Counted from the first letter of the stretch, positions 1 to 12,656 are shown. The stretch: 64,000 nt of DNA from an uncultured Hormoscilla sp. (GCA_963921275.4 OZ001293.3:4352001-4416000), one strand, 5' to 3'. The notes: generated by a model from the sequence alone, not told the origin. Made by a program: numbers and translations.

Positions 1-390
1 CACATACGGACTCCAACGAGTTCCCGGTTTAACTTGCAGTTGTTGGGCTTGAGCAGTGGTGAGGGTTAGTTTGCCCAGGATACTGGTCAGGGTGCGCTGT
101 TTTCCGGTGCGGCGGGAAGTCGCCGTGTTGATAAAAAAATTCCTAGTTGAGGCCAGACGTGTTCTTGGGCAAGCGCACGAACGTTTTTCTCAATGCCTTC
201 AAGGGTGGTGAGTTCAGTGGGGTCGGCTTCCTGGTAGAGAATCGCGGCAATCGCGTCAAGATGTTGCTGGAGTTCAGCCTGCTTTTGGGAGTTCATGGGT
301 CAAGGGTGGTCAACAGTGCCTAAATTATGTACCGTTTTGAGGGATACAAGCACTAAGTATAATTACTCATCGCCTAACTGAGATGTACCC
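1..390 (-). mobile_element. ISKra4-family-like IS, 5' part (transposase starts at 296, changes frame at about 130-140, runs off window)
   Basis: ORF 87..296 (MNSQKQAELQQHLDAIAAILYQ...LEGIEK) continues in another frame as IFFINTATTSRRTGKQRTLTSILGKLTL, resembling cyanobacterial ISKra4-type transposases. Terminus-like GGGTACATCTCAG at 378-390. Confidence 0.6.
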
Positions 391-533
391 CTCTTTATGA
401 AGCTGCGCTAAATAAAGCTTCAAGTATAAATTTATAAGAAGTTATAGAAGCAATTTCTGCGGGAGTGATAGTTGACAAAAGCCAGGCACTGGTTCCGTTA
501 AATGTTTGGGGTCTTGCTGCTGAATTTAGGGAA

Positions 534-1013
534 TTACAGAGCAGATCGTATGCTAAATAATTGAGACCTTGATATCCCGGTTTCCAAGAGCCCTAACTTG
601 ACAGCAGGGACAACTTTAGTCGTGAAATGCACCCGTACAAAGTTGTGGATGACCCAGAAGAAATCCAGGGTTCTTTGGAGATGTTGACGAGACTTCGCAT
701 CGGTGTTGGTTTGGCGACGGAAAGCCGAATTTCGCCGTCGCATTCAGGCATTGAATCCCTCAACATGGTTGGCATGAATCTCGTTTTCTACCACTTTCGT
801 CTCTGTCTGAGGATGCTCAGGCACGGGAGCTTCATATTTCTTACGAGGACGACCCACTCGCTTCTTGGCTCCTTTATTCTTGAGTCTGACCCGTATTCCT
901 TTAGGCAGAGGTTTGGAGGGACGACCGGGTTTGCCATCTCGGATCACCTCATGGCAAATGTCAAAGAGCAAATTACCATAACGCCGTTCCCCATCGGTAA
1001 ACAGGCTCGGCAC
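534..1013 (-). pseudogene. IS1-like transposase remnant with in-frame stop at 744-746
   Basis: FTDGERRYGNLLF...IHANHVEGFNA*MRRRNSAFRR...LQRTLDFFWVIHNFVRVHFTT, a typical cyanobacterial IS1-type DDE C-terminus. Confidence 0.65.
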
Positions 1014-1149
1014 TGGTTCCGCTGAACAGGATAGCCCAAAGGCTTGCCCTTTATGAATTATAGATGATCATAGAGAGGCTGAGACTTTTCCGGAATTGGA
1101 GGTGTGTTATGGAACTATTCTCGCAGTGTTGTCCCTGTTGTGGGAGTGA

Positions 1150-1515
1150 AGAGGTACACCCCTCACCACCCTCTCTGAGACTCAACACAGGGGATGGGCT
1201 TCCGCACTTGCTTGGGATGCAGCCTCCTGATAGCCTGAGAAGAGTTCGCAATGTTTAGTTTTATCTGCCTGTTGATGCCAATAGACCCAGGGTAACAGGC
1301 ATCTCTTAACCCACTGTTGCAACTTGATCTCGTCAGTTTTGGCATTAAGTGCTTGGTTGACCCAGGGCCACCAACCATGAAGGCCGAAGGCATTGGAGGG
1401 AATTTGCTGAGGGAAGGTCAGGTACTCATTGATGTCATCTAGGAACTGGAAGGAATCATTGGCAAACAGCCTCCTGCTCCAGAACTCTCTGGCAGTGCTG
1501 CCCAAAACCGCTTTA
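1150..1515 (-). pseudogene. DUF6399-like transposase-associated fragment
   Basis: WWPWVNQAL...WVKRCLLPWVYWHQQADKTK motif in ORF 1182..1562; both ends truncated. Confidence 0.45.
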
Positions 1516-1517
1516 AC

Positions 1518-4500
1518 TTGCTCTTTGGCAAATTCCTGTGCGTTTTCACCACCAAAAAACACCCCTTGGTTATCTTTTTGGATGACTTACAGTGGGCGGA
1601 TTCGGCGTCGTTGAATCTGCTGAAGCTGCTGATGAACGAGCCTGCGTCGGGCTATTTGTTGGTGCTGGGAGCTTATCGGGATAATGAGGTGTTTCCGGCA
1701 TATCCGTTGATACTGGCACTTGATGAAATTGTGAAACAAGGTACACAACTCAATAGGTTGACCTTGGCGACCTTGGGTCAGCCCGACATTACCCGTTTGA
1801 TAGCGGATACGCTGCTGTGTTCGCCTGAAATTGCGGTGCCGCTCTCGCGGTTGCTGTACCAAAAGACACAGGGCAATCCCTTCTTCTTCACAACGCAGTT
1901 TTTGCAGGGATTGCATGAGGATGGTTGCATTGTCTTTGATGTTGGGGCGGACTATTGGCAATGCGACTTGGCGCAGGTGCGGCAGTTGGCGCTGACGGAT
2001 GATGTGGTGGAATTTATGGTGGGGCGGTTGCGGAAGCTGCCGGAAGTAACACAGGAGGTTTTGAAGCTGGCGGCGTGCATTGGCAAGTTTCGATGTGGAG
2101 ACGTTGGCGATGGTCTGCGATCGCGGTCGGGATGAGGTGGCGGCTTCTTTGTGGCGAGGGTTACAAGAGGGTTTGGTGGTTCCCGAGAGCGAGACATACA
2201 AGTTTTTCCAGCCCGGATCTCGGGAAGTTAAAGAGATTAAAGAGGTTTCGGTTGGCTATCGCTTTTTGCACGATCGGATTCAGCAGGCTTCCTACTCACT
2301 TGTTCCCTCGGAAGACAGGCCAATCATCCACTTTATAATTGCTGAAACCATAAGAATTTCTAAATCTTCAACTGTATTAGATGGCATGATTTTCGATGTC
2401 GTAAATCACTACAATCAAGCAAATATTGACAGCCTAGATACAGAGAAAGCTTGGCAGGTTGTCAAGCTTTCTCTTCGGGCGGGCAGAAAAGCCAAGTCGG
2501 CAACAGCATTCGATGCTGCCAGCGACTACTTTAACATGGCATTAGCTCAGATAGCCAATCTGGACGAGGGAGCTTGGGAGACTCGCTACGAGCTGATGTT
2601 CGAGCTGCATGTTGATATTATTAAGGCAAAAATTGCTGGTGCCTGCTGGAATGAAGCCGAGCAAAAAAGTAAGATAATCTACGAAAAAAGTAGAGACAGA
2701 CTCGACCGAGCGATTAGCCTACAGTTGTTGATCGAACAAAGTGCTCAAAGAGGAGAATTCGAGAAGGCGATCGAACAGGGGCGCCAAGCACTAGGTCTTT
2801 TAGATGAGGAGATTCCCGAGACAGATATCGAAGGAAAACTTGAGGAGCTAATTGTCGATATCCGACAGCGATGTCTCCCGGGTTTTCGCCGTGCGTCCGG
2901 GAGACATCGAAAGAAAAAAACCATAGTAGAACTGAGCGAAGATCGAACCAAAGTGTTAGAGGACAGGCGCTTACAGAAAATTTTGGCAATCTTCAGCGTT
3001 CTTGATGCACCTACTTACCTTGTACGTCCGGATATTTGGAAGTTTATCAATGGTCGAAGCGTCCAGATTACTCTGGCATACGGTGTCGCTCCAGAAAGTC
3101 CAGCAGGACAGGTTCGCTTGGGGCAGATTTTATGCGGCAGGTTAGATGGAAGCTATGCCGAAGGGTTTGTCTTGGGTCAGAGCGCAATGGCGCTCAGCGA
3201 TCCTTACCCCGAACAAAAGTGCATTGTCTGCTTTGAAATGGGCTTAGCGATTAATCATTGGATGAAGCCACTTCGTGAGAATATCGATTTCTTTCGGTTA
3301 GGATTTCAGGCGGCACTCGAATCGGGAATCCTGCTGTACGCTGGCTATAACTTAATGTTCGAGTCATATTATCTTCATTACACAGGCCAAGAAATATCGG
3401 AAAACCTTTCTACTACCGAAGAGTATCTCAGATTTTCAGAACGCACGAAGAACAGCTTAGCGACAGTTTTGCTGAAAGGGATTTCCATTCATCTCGAGCG
3501 ATTGCAAGCGCAAACGGACTGTGGCACATGGCGGGATAAGCTTCTCAAGCCATCTCCGAAGAAATCTCTCTCGATGCCTTGCTCTCTAAATTGATGCAAG
3601 TTATTCTCGAAAACGCCGGGGCCGACCTTGGCTCCTTAATCTTAAACCACTCCGGCACATGGGTTCTTGCCGCCCAATGCCTTAAGGGCAACACTCACCT
3701 ATCGACTACCCCCCTCGACAATGCCGACACCCTGCCCTTGAGCATTATCAACACCGTCAAACGCAGCCAACAAACTCTCCTCATCAACGACATCGACCAA
3801 GACACCAGCTTCCCTGGGGATACTTATTTAATACAACAGCAACCCAAAAGTTTGTTATGCACCCCCATCGGACACCAAGGCTAACTTATAGGCATCCTCT
3901 ACCTGGAAAATAACCTGGCAGCAGGAGCTTTCACCTCAGACCGCATCGAAGTCCTCAACCTCCTGACTGCCCAAGGGGCCATCTCCATCGAAAACGCCCA
4001 ACTGTACAACACCCTCGAACAAAAAGTCCAACAGCGCACCGCCGAACTTTCTGATGCTCTCGAAGACCTCAAAGCCACCCAAAAACAACTGGTAGAGTCG
4101 GAAAAAATGGCGGCTTTGGGAGGGCTAGTTGCCGGAGTTGCCCACGAAATCAACACCCCTCTGGGCACCAGCATCACCGTGGCCTCCACCCTAGCCGAGG
4201 AAACCCAAAGCTTTCTCAAAGCTGTCAAGCAAGGACAACTCAAACGTTCCGTTCTCAACAACTATCTAGACCTAGCGTCCGAAAGCACGCAACTGATGCT
4301 GAGCAACTTGGCAAGGGCCGGAGAATTAATCGGCAGCTTCAAACAAATTGCTACAGACCAAAGCAACCTGGAACAGCGACGCTTTCACCTCAAACAATAC
4401 CTCTGTGAAGTGGCCCTGAGTTTGACTCCCCAACTCAAACAGACTCCCCATACTCTCACCATAGAAGGGTCTGAGGACATTACCATTGAAAGCTATCCGA

Positions 4501-5852
4501 GGGCCTTGGCTCAATTGCGACCAATTTAGTCACCAACTCCCTAACTCATGGGTATCCATCGGGAGAGGTAGGACAATTGCGCTTTGACATCCGCCGAGAA
4601 GAGGATAAGCTACAGATAGAGTACGCAGATGATGAGTGCGGGATTGAACCGGAGAATAAGGACAAAATATTCGAGCCGTTTTTCACAACCGCTAGGCATA
4701 AGGGTGGAACGGGATTGGGACTGCATATAGTATATAACTCAAGTTGCGACCTATAAAAATTGGATACAAAAAGCTATGATAAAGAGAATTATTTTCAACT
4801 CTAATCCCTTAGATGTAACAGCATGAATTGACTTGGGAAACAAATTGGTGATTCGACTAAAACAGGTTTAAACTTGTTTTCTTATTACTTTTTGTATATA
4901 TTCAAAACAAGAATATTCTTTTCTTTTTGAGTTCTTTTTTCGCAAAGGTTTTAACATTATACTTGACGACTCTTTTAGTAAATCCTCTAATTGATAATCA
5001 TTATAAGCTTTATCTCCATAAACTATTGAATTTGATGGTAAGTCAAAGCCAAAAGATTGCAAAACTTTAAAATCATTATAACTACCAGGATCTAGATAAA
5101 ATTCTATTGGCTTTCCATTTTTGTTTACCAACATATGAACTCTTAATCCATAAAAATAACGTTTTTTACTGGCAATATACCCTCGATATTCTTCCTTGTT
5201 ATAAATTTGGCATCTATCAATCCTAATATTATCACATACTGGCACCGGGAAACTATCAAGAATATATTCTTGACCCGGATTGAGCTCTTTAAATGTTTGA
5301 GCTATAACTTGGAAGAAAAACATCCAAATTGGTTCCTCAATATTGTGTAATCGACGATTGAACCTACTTTTACTTAACAGATTTTTTATATACTTGTGTT
5401 GGACCATAAATTGACAAGAGCGATCGTGGTGTCCTCCGAAAAAATATGCAGCAACTAATCCGACTGTCATCACTTCGGCATTGTTCATTTTTACTTGTGG
5501 ATCTTCTTTTATATTTAACGCTTTTAGTAGCTCGTCACAAAGAACAAAAATTGTTGTAATCATATCTTCCATCATCTACATCCCCCAGCAATTAACTATT
5601 ATTTTAGTACATTATAACCTATAAACAGCCAACCCGCCGTCTAGCACAAAAAAAATATAATTTTGTATTAAAAGCTACGAAATATCCCAAATATCTGTAA
5701 AGTCTAAGTGGGTAATTCATATTTTTTTTAATAGGTCGCAACTTAGGTTATATAATTTAGTGACGCAGAAGTTGCTGAGGACAATAGAGGTTCGCAGTGA
5801 GGTGGGTGTGGGCACAAGATTTATTATGACCCTGCCGAGGTCTGTTAATTAA
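1518..5852 (+). pseudogene. Multi-domain AAA-ATPase / GAF / sensor histidine kinase, fragmented
   Basis: HPLVIFLDDLQWAD, KTQGNPFF, YRFLHDRIQQA, GAF (LSKLMQVILENAGA), H-box VAHEINTPL, and HATPase GTGLGLHIVYNLVT split by IS982. Spread over at least 5 ORF pieces and 5'-truncated. Confidence 0.85.
4737..5748 (-). mobile_element. IS982-family insertion sequence (transposase 5575..4868 with premature stop)
   Basis: Terminal IRs ACTCAAGTTGCGACCTAT / ATAGGTCGCAACTTAGGT; 6-bp direct repeat TATATA at 4731-4736 and 5749-5754; motifs ILDSFPVPVC, YFYGLRVH, YGDKAY; AT-rich. Confidence 0.9.
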
Positions 5853-5861
5853 GAGGTTATT

Positions 5862-7324
5862 ATGAAGGGGATTAAACCAAACATGACACTCGATAACAAT
5901 AAAAACTCCCTGACTGTGGCTGAAGATGATGACCAACTTTTACTCCTAGAAGATGACGAACTCATTATTCTAGAAGAGTCAGAAGTTGTCCCCTTGGTTG
6001 AAGATGATGACAACCCATCTGTACAGATAGAACTTTGAAAAATGATGATTGTCGATGATGACCCCGGGGTTCATAAAGCCACTCAATTAGCCTTGAAAAA
6101 CTTTGTTTTTGACGGCAGGTCTCTCTCGTTCATCCAGGCATTTTCCGGGTCCCAAGCCCAGCAGTTAATCTCAGGGCATCCCGATATTGCCTTCATGCTG
6201 CTGGATGTGGTGATGGAAAGCAATGATGCTGGCTTAAAGGTGGTTCGCTATATTCGCGAGGATCTGAAGAATAAGCGAGTGCAGATTATTTTGCGGACGG
6301 GTCAACCTGGGGAAGCCCGGAAGAGTCAGTCATCCGCAAGTACGAGATTAACGACTACAAACTGAAGGTCGAACTGACCCGACAGCGGTTGATTACCACC
6401 ACGATCGCGGCCCTGCGAGCCTACCGGAATGTGCTCGCTGTCGAAGAAAAAACTGCACAGCTCATCCAAACCTTAAAAACCTTGCAGCAAACTCAACTTC
6501 AACTGGTGCAAAGCGAAAAAATGTCGGCCTTGGGGAATTTAGTGGCTGGGGTGGCCCACGAAATTAACAATCCTCTGAGTTGTATATCGGGAAATATGGT
6601 TCATGTCACAGATTCTATCCAAGAATTACTGAAGATTATTGGACTCTACCAACAGCATTATCCCAATCCGGCCACTAAGATTAAAGAAGAAATAGAAGCG
6701 ATATATCTTGAATTTATCGGTGAAGATATACCCAAAATGCTAGAGTCTATGAATCTCGAGGTAGAGCGCATTCACAATATTAGTAAGAGTCTGCGGACTT
6801 TGGCACGCACGGATCGAGAGCAGAAGAATACATTCAATATCCATGAGGGGATTGATAGCAGTTTACTTATCCTCAAGCATCGCACCAAAGCCAAGAAGCA
6901 ACGCCCCGCTATTCAAATTATCAAAAACTATGAATACATTCCCGAATTGCAATGCTTTCCAGGTTAACTGAATCAGGTCTTTATGAATATTTTAGCTAAC
7001 GCTATAGATGCCTTGGAGGAGGCGAATAAAGGTAAAACCTATACAGAGATAGAGATAGAACTGAATCAGATTACTATTCGCACTTTTATCCTTGACGAGA
7101 CTCACGTAAAAATCAAGATTCAAGACAATGGTTGCGGGATGAAACCCGAGATATTAGGCCAGATTTTTGAGCAGGGTTTTACGACCAAAGCGATGGGTAA
7201 AGGTACAGGACTAGGAATGGCGATCGCGCACCAAATAATCACAGAAAAACACGGCGGTATGATTACCTGTGATTCTACAGTCGGACAAGGCACAACCTTT
7301 ATGATCGCGCTCCCGATTGTGTAA
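5862..7324 (+). pseudogene. Response regulator receiver-histidine kinase hybrid, fragmented
   Basis: REC (MIVDDDPGVH, LLDVVME, ILRTGQPG), H-box VAHEINNPL, HATPase GKGTGLGMAIAHQII; stops or frameshifts near 6038, 6320 and 6965. Confidence 0.85.
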
Positions 7325-7430
7325 AATCTTGCTGCTATTGTATTATTTGGGTCAGGGGGCGATCGCCCCCTGACCCAGGAAGCGGTTTCCCTGGCCCATC
7401 GGTGCATCCAACCCCTGTACTTTGTGCTGC

Positions 7431-7540
7431 ATGGCTGCGCCACGCTACGCGAATGGCTGCGCCACGCTACGCGAATGGCTGCGCCACGCTACGCGAATGG
7501 CTGCGCCACGCTACGCGAATGGCTGCGCCACGCTACGCGA
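7431..7540 (+). repeat. Five perfect tandem copies of the 22-bp short dispersed repeat ATGGCTGCGCCACGCTACGCGA
   Basis: Read directly. The same unit occurs singly at 19639, 30773, 31063 and as a reverse-strand variant at 46757. Confidence 0.95.
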
Positions 7541-7585
7541 ACGGAAGTTAGCTGCCATGCTATGGATCGATAGGATATGATGGGG

Positions 7586-7726
7586 CGGTGTCTCCTGGGT
7601 AGTGCTCAGATGATGTCCCCCGGGTTTCGACGATGCCTGAGGGGTTGCCTGCGTTGCATCCCGATTTTTCCGGAACGGTAGGCATCGAAGTGCGTCCGGG
7701 GGACATCAAGCTCCCAGGAGACACCG
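7586..7726. repeat. Palindrome-bounded modular repeat (MITE/REP-like) with nested inner inverted repeat
   Basis: Outer IR CGGTGTCTCCTGGG / CCCAGGAGACACCG, inner IR GATGTCCCCCGG / CCGGGGGACATC; relatives at 15736-15817 and 54568-54633. Confidence 0.7.
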
Positions 7727-7958
7727 TGTGGTTTACGGCGATCGTCGGACGGATATAGGGGCCGCACTGGGAAAGTTTCACAATCTATTGAGGGGCTATT
7801 GACAGGAAAGAAAATATACAGTAGGATAGGATAGTATAAGACTAGGTGGCGGGTCAAGATCGAGTTAAGACGGCTGAAAGAAAATTCCATTCTATTTCCA
7901 AAGATAGATAGGAAAAATTGTCAAAGAAAGAAACAGACTTCTTCCCTTGACAGAAGAA

Positions 7959-8067
7959 ATGATGATGATGCTCAAATTACCTGGATATATTGAAACTGAC
8001 ATAATATACGCCGGAGGCCGCACGATAGTCTATCGAGCAAAAAGAGCAACAGATGGGCAGGCAGTAT
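7959..8067 (+). pseudogene. N-terminal fragment of a Ser/Thr kinase-AAA protein
   Basis: MLKLPGYIETDIIYAGGRTIVYRAKR resembles the start of cyanobacterial trifunctional kinases, then breaks off. Confidence 0.5.
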
Positions 8068-8506
8068 CACTTGACATGGGTGATGGGACGTGAAATTTCC
8101 AGTGGACAGCTCACGGGGAGCAGTGCCAGAGGTGTTGCAGGCGATCGTACTAAAGCGGCCCATTCTTTCATCGTTTTCGGTCAAGGTAGAATTGTTGTAT
8201 GCGACTCAACTATCATATTATATGCGATTCCCTGCTCGACAATTTGATTTAATCATGATTTAACATTTTTCCACCGGCTCCCCAGTGCTAGTAGTGCTAA
8301 GTGAATTGCTAGCCGCTGCGCTTGCACACGGAGTATTCGGACCGATCAAATGTTAACTTTTTTGAACCAAAGTTGAACTTTATTGAAGTGAAATCGCTCA
8401 AATATAGACTGTGTAAGGGTTTGAGATTGTTAAAAAATATGTGAGTAAGGCATAGTGCCTCTGACGGAGCGATCGCGTCCGTCCCCGAGAACCAAGAACC
8501 AGATAA

Positions 8507-8578
<72 letters not shown>

Positions 8579-8636
8579 TATCGAAATCTACTCTAACACA
8601 AAAATATCACATTAGCCAAGGAAAAGGAAAAAAATC

Positions 8637-9368
8637 TCAATCATCTTGAGGTAACTCATCCCAGAGAGAAGTAGTTTTCCGGATACTCAGATGATCGCCA
8701 TTACCCAGAATAATATGATCTAACAGAGGAATATCCAAAAACCTGGCCCCTCTCAACAGCTGGCGAGTCAGTACCAGATCCTCCTGACTCGGTTCAACGC
8801 TACCAGTGGGATGATTGTGAGCGATAATCGCTCTAGTAGCCCCTTGGCGCAGCACCTCCCGAAAGATATCCCGGGGATGGACCAAAGTCTCAGTCGCCGT
8901 CCCGATGGTAATCACCTTAGTAGCGAGCAAGCGATTTTTCACATCCAGGAGCACCACAGCAAAACGTTCCTGACTTTGCCACATCAACTCATGACTGAGG
9001 GCCGCCGCCGCCGCCGCCGGACTATCGATAACAGTCCGTTCTGCTGGACGAGACAGAAAAGCCCGCTTACCCAACTCCACAGCCGCCAGGATCGTCGTAG
9101 CCTTTGCCGGTCCCACACCAGGAATTTTAATCAACTCTTGGGGACTAATATCCCGAATCACTTCCAGGGGGTCTCGCTGACTTTGCCCCAACTGCTGTAA
9201 TATATATTGTCCCAAACCCACAGCTGAGAGTTTACCCTTCCCCTGACCCGTACCCAGAAGGATAGCAAGTAATTCAGCTGTTGTTAGATTTTTCGCTCCC
9301 AACTCCAGTAAGCGTTCCCGGGGCCGTTCCGAAAGGGGGATATCAGCAATTCTTAGGCTATAGGTCAT
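8637..9368 (-). CDS. radC: RadC family JAB-domain protein
   Basis: [44 protein letters not shown]. Confidence 0.95.
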   Translation of the reverse strand: MTYSLRIADIPLSERPRERLLELGAKNLTTAELLAILLGTGQGKGKLSAVGLGQYILQQLGQSQRDPLEVIRDISPQELIKIPGVGPAKATTILAAVELGKRAFLSRPAERTVIDSPAAAAAALSHELMWQSQERFAVVLLDVKNRLLATKVITIGTATETLVHPRDIFREVLRQGATRAIIAHNHPTGSVEPSQEDLVLTRQLLRGARFLDIPLLDHIILGNGDHLSIRKTTSLWDELPQDD

Positions 9369-9391
9369 CTCAACTGGCCAAAAAATCTCAA

Positions 9392-11204
9392 TTAATGATA
9401 TATATTAGCAGCCTTGATCATGTGATAGGTAATCAGCAGCTGAGTGATAGCCAGAGGGTAACTTTGGAGAATCTCCCCAGTTGTACCCGTCAGCTTACCA
9501 ATATCTTCATTACCTTGCAAACTACAGAATTTTCCTAGGTAAGGAACCTCGTTACAGAGGATCCGTTCCAGTTCCCTCACCTGTTCCTTGGTAGCATGAC
9601 CATCAATTTCCAGCACATCCACCGGTTTACCCATATCCCTGTCCAGTTCCAGGCGGATAGCAGAACTAAGATGACCTTTATCGGGGTCGAGAACGGGAGT
9701 CCAGTCCGGGTGAGGGATAGTCGGGCGGAGTACCAGACGTACATTCAGGAGTAAATCACTTGCTTGGGAGTTATCGCTGGGAGGGTAGAAAGAGACCACA
9801 ATATCGGACTACTGGCGCTGAGGACGGATAAACTGTTCCGAGTCTGGTTCCCGCTTGCGCAATTGTTCCAGGACCTGTTCATTACTATAGCCCCGCTTAC
9901 GAGTATCCCGCTTAACTTTCCACTCAGTACGCAGAGATTCCGGCGGGGCCAGATATACCTTGACATCGTAGCAGTCCCGAGCCCCCCGGGTATAGTAACC
10001 CAGCAAACCCTCAACAATGACAAACTTTTGGGGTTTGTGCGATTCGTTCTAGCCTAACGTGGTCAAACACGGAACGCTAGCCCGGTTTCATTAGCCGGGA
10101 ACTCTGACCGCATGGGGGTTAAATTCCCCTCCCCCCAGGTACGGGGGTGACACCGGTCCTCGGTGCTACGAAGCGACATCATCGTGGTGCTAAGCGAGGA
10201 CTCAAATGTAGGATAACTGGCAGCCTAAGCCGGTGACGCCGCTAGGAAAGATATCCAAGGTTAGAGCAGGCAAACATGTGCAAGCCTCGTTATAAGGAAC
10301 CAGCGAAATAAGGCTATATGCGCTGGCCTAAAAAGGAAATGGTAGCTAGTATTAGTTTTAGACTCTGGCTAATATAGTACTCAAATAGCTCCCGGGGTAT
10401 AGTGTGGACCTAAAGGTATCGCGAAATGTTATTAGGGAACGAAGTAACCTCTCGTGTGCTGTCCATCAGGACAAGTTAGATGTTAAGCGCAAGCCACGGG
10501 GGGAGGGATGGCCCAAGAAGCGAATGCCCGGGGTAATTCCTGGGATAACATCTACAGTAATGTAGATAATGCTGGGTAGCCAGCGCTGACGTGGGTCGGT
10601 GATACTAGGAAGCTGCTGGAATGAGTAATCCTAAAAAGCCACGGAACTAATCCGAAACGCAAGTGGAGGATAAGGTATGGATAACTGGTAAAACTGACTT
10701 GAAAATGGTGATACTAACGGTTATCAGAACAACCACTCGCTAAACCAGGAAAGGGAAGAAAAGACAGGCGGCAAGGGCTAACGGAAGTAATTCCTATTAA
10801 GTCTACCTATGAAAAGGGCCTAGTACCCAGTAGCCGGATGCGGTGAAAATCGCAAGTCCGGTTCCGAAAGGGAGGGTCGGGAAGCGATTCCCGGCTCGAC
10901 CCCATCCAATGTATTCGGGCGGGTCAAAGGTGCCAGTGTGGTGATTGTAAATCGGTTTGAGGATTGATTGTCCAGTGCGGAGCAGATTCAGGTGCTGCTG
11001 AATGATATCTAAGTAATTGCAGTCCGGGTGGAGGGCGGAGATGCCGATTTGAGCGCGTTGGGTCCAGTCATAGCGATGATAATCATCTATACAGATCACC
11101 GTCACATTCTCTTCACCCAACACCTGAGCAATACCGCGAGTGAGGGTTGTCTTGCCAGCGGCGCTATCACCGACAATACCAAGGATAATAGGGCGATTAG
11201 GCAT
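9392..11204 (-). pseudogene. Phosphoribulokinase/uridine kinase family gene interrupted by an antisense group II intron, plus a nonsense codon at 9809-9811
   Basis: GIVGDSAAGKTT, CIDDYHRYD, YNHHTGTFDPPEYI | KPQKFVIVEGL, WKVKRD. Halves rejoin in frame when 10037-10907 is removed. Confidence 0.88.
10037..10907 (+). mobile_element. ORF-less group II intron (IIB/chloroplast-like), copy A, 871 nt
   Basis: 5' GTGCG; domain V TAGCCGGATGCGGTGAAAATCGCAAGTCCGGTTC with AGC triad and GAAA loop; domain VI hairpin with bulged A at 10899; putative EBS1 AGACTC (10360-10365) complementary to upstream exon GGGTTT; no RT ORF. Confidence 0.92.
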
Positions 11205-11344
11205 AATGCTTATTTCTCCTAGTTGAGCAAATTCTAGGGAGGACTATAGAGTTAGCTGATTCCGATTACTAGATTTTGCAGATGCAATCTCCAGCTTTTA
11301 AGAATTTCTTTATTCTATCGCAACCGTTCGTGCTTCCGTTTGTA

Positions 11345-11505
11345 GTAAGAGCACTTCGATGCACTCGGGGCGCTCGATGCTTCCCAGGAGCGCTATTCGC
11401 ACTACCCGGGAGACATCGTACTCGCACTACCCCTCCCACATCGAAGCGTGCTTCACCCCTGTTTGCCAGCGAGCGCTCCCAGGCAGGACAAGTCCTACAT
11501 GTGAC
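11345..11505. repeat. Mosaic of short dispersed repeat modules
   Basis: Shares CCCAGG, CACTACCC, GAGACATCG and CATCGAAG modules with 7586-7726, 15736-15817 and 54568-54633. Confidence 0.5.
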
Positions 11506-11512
11506 CAAATAA

Positions 11513-11584
11513 TGGGCGGTACTGGATTTGAACCAGTGACATCTTGCTTGTAAGGCAAGCGCTCTACCGCTGAGCTAACCGCCC
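11513..11584 (-). tRNA. trnV: tRNA-Val(TAC)
   Basis: 72-nt cloverleaf GGGCGGTTAGCTCAGCGGTAGAGCG-CTTGC-CT-TAC-AA-GCAAG...GGTTCAAATCC...CGCCCA. Confidence 0.95.
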
Positions 11585-11653
11585 AACTCAACTTTATCTA
11601 TCATAACCTGATAAAATCCAGAATGTCAAGAGTTCGATCAAAAATTTTTTCTG

Positions 11654-12238
11654 ATGCCCGCTGGCCACACCCACGATCGCATTATCCTTTGGACATTGCC
11701 AGCAGTTACAGGTCTAGTTTTTCTGCTGACGGGGGGTAATAGCGAGTTAGCCTTATTAGTAGCGACAGGATATTTCTTCAGTGGCCTGATGTTGAGTCCT
11801 GATTTGGATCTGCGATCGCGTCCCTTTCACCGGTGGGGATGGTTCAAGTGGATCTGGGTGCCATACCAGAAGGCCATGGGGCACCGGTCTATTTTCTCAC
11901 ACGGTCCCATTATTGGCACCACCCTCAGAGTAGTTTATCTCGCTTGCTGGTTGTCTCTGGTAGTAATTCTCGGTTTAGCGCTGGTGCGCTTATTCTCCGA
12001 TCGCCCTTCCAGTTTACCCCGCTTCCTGCCCCAGCTGGGCCGAGCGCTCTGGAGCTACCGGTGGCAAGCAAGCGCCTTTCTCCTGGGTTTAGAACTGGGT
12101 GCCCTCAGCCATATTATCAGCGATTATACTGTCTCAACCTATAAAAAGTATAAAAAGTCGAATAGAAAACCATTGCCAGCTTCGGGACGAAAAAAGCGTC
12201 AATCCCCCAGCATGCGCAAAGGGCGCCAGCGCAAGTAA
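11654..12238 (+). CDS. Metal-binding membrane protein (DUF2227-like)
   Basis: MPAGHTHDRI, LSPDLD, W..YQK..GHRS.FSHGP..GT.LR, GALSH..SD motifs. Confidence 0.8.
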   Translation: MPAGHTHDRIILWTLPAVTGLVFLLTGGNSELALLVATGYFFSGLMLSPDLDLRSRPFHRWGWFKWIWVPYQKAMGHRSIFSHGPIIGTTLRVVYLACWLSLVVILGLALVRLFSDRPSSLPRFLPQLGRALWSYRWQASAFLLGLELGALSHIISDYTVSTYKKYKKSNRKPLPASGRKKRQSPSMRKGRQRK

Positions 12239-12656
12239 CGCCGATATCCGTTATAAATTTATGTAAAAATTGGTAACAAATAATACAAAAATTTGCAAAT
12301 TTTTGGGATGATAGCAGCCAATGGTTGAAAATTGCACTTTGGCACTTTGGCTAATTGAAAAGAGTAAATCCATCTATTCATGACAAGATTATGATTATCG
12401 AGATTAACCTTTGAGTATTAGCCATTAGCAGCCATTATCATCCTGTGCAACCCCTAATAAAAAACTGTGATTAATGCATAATTGTGACGAATAGCAAGTA
12501 TAGGTAAATAGAGCACAGATCGAAGAGAACGGTGTGCGAAGATACATCCGGAGGGCGATCGCGGGACTGGAAATAAGATAAAAGCAGGGCTCTAAAACTG
12601 GCCCAGATGCGTCAAGAACAAAGGTAGACCCGATCGGGTGATAATAGGAGAAAGAG

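Noticed and set aside
10803..10907. C-terminal GWGRAGNRFPTLPFGTG... tail of ORF 10803..11204 as real protein
   Set aside because: It is read-through into the antisense strand of intron domains VI and V
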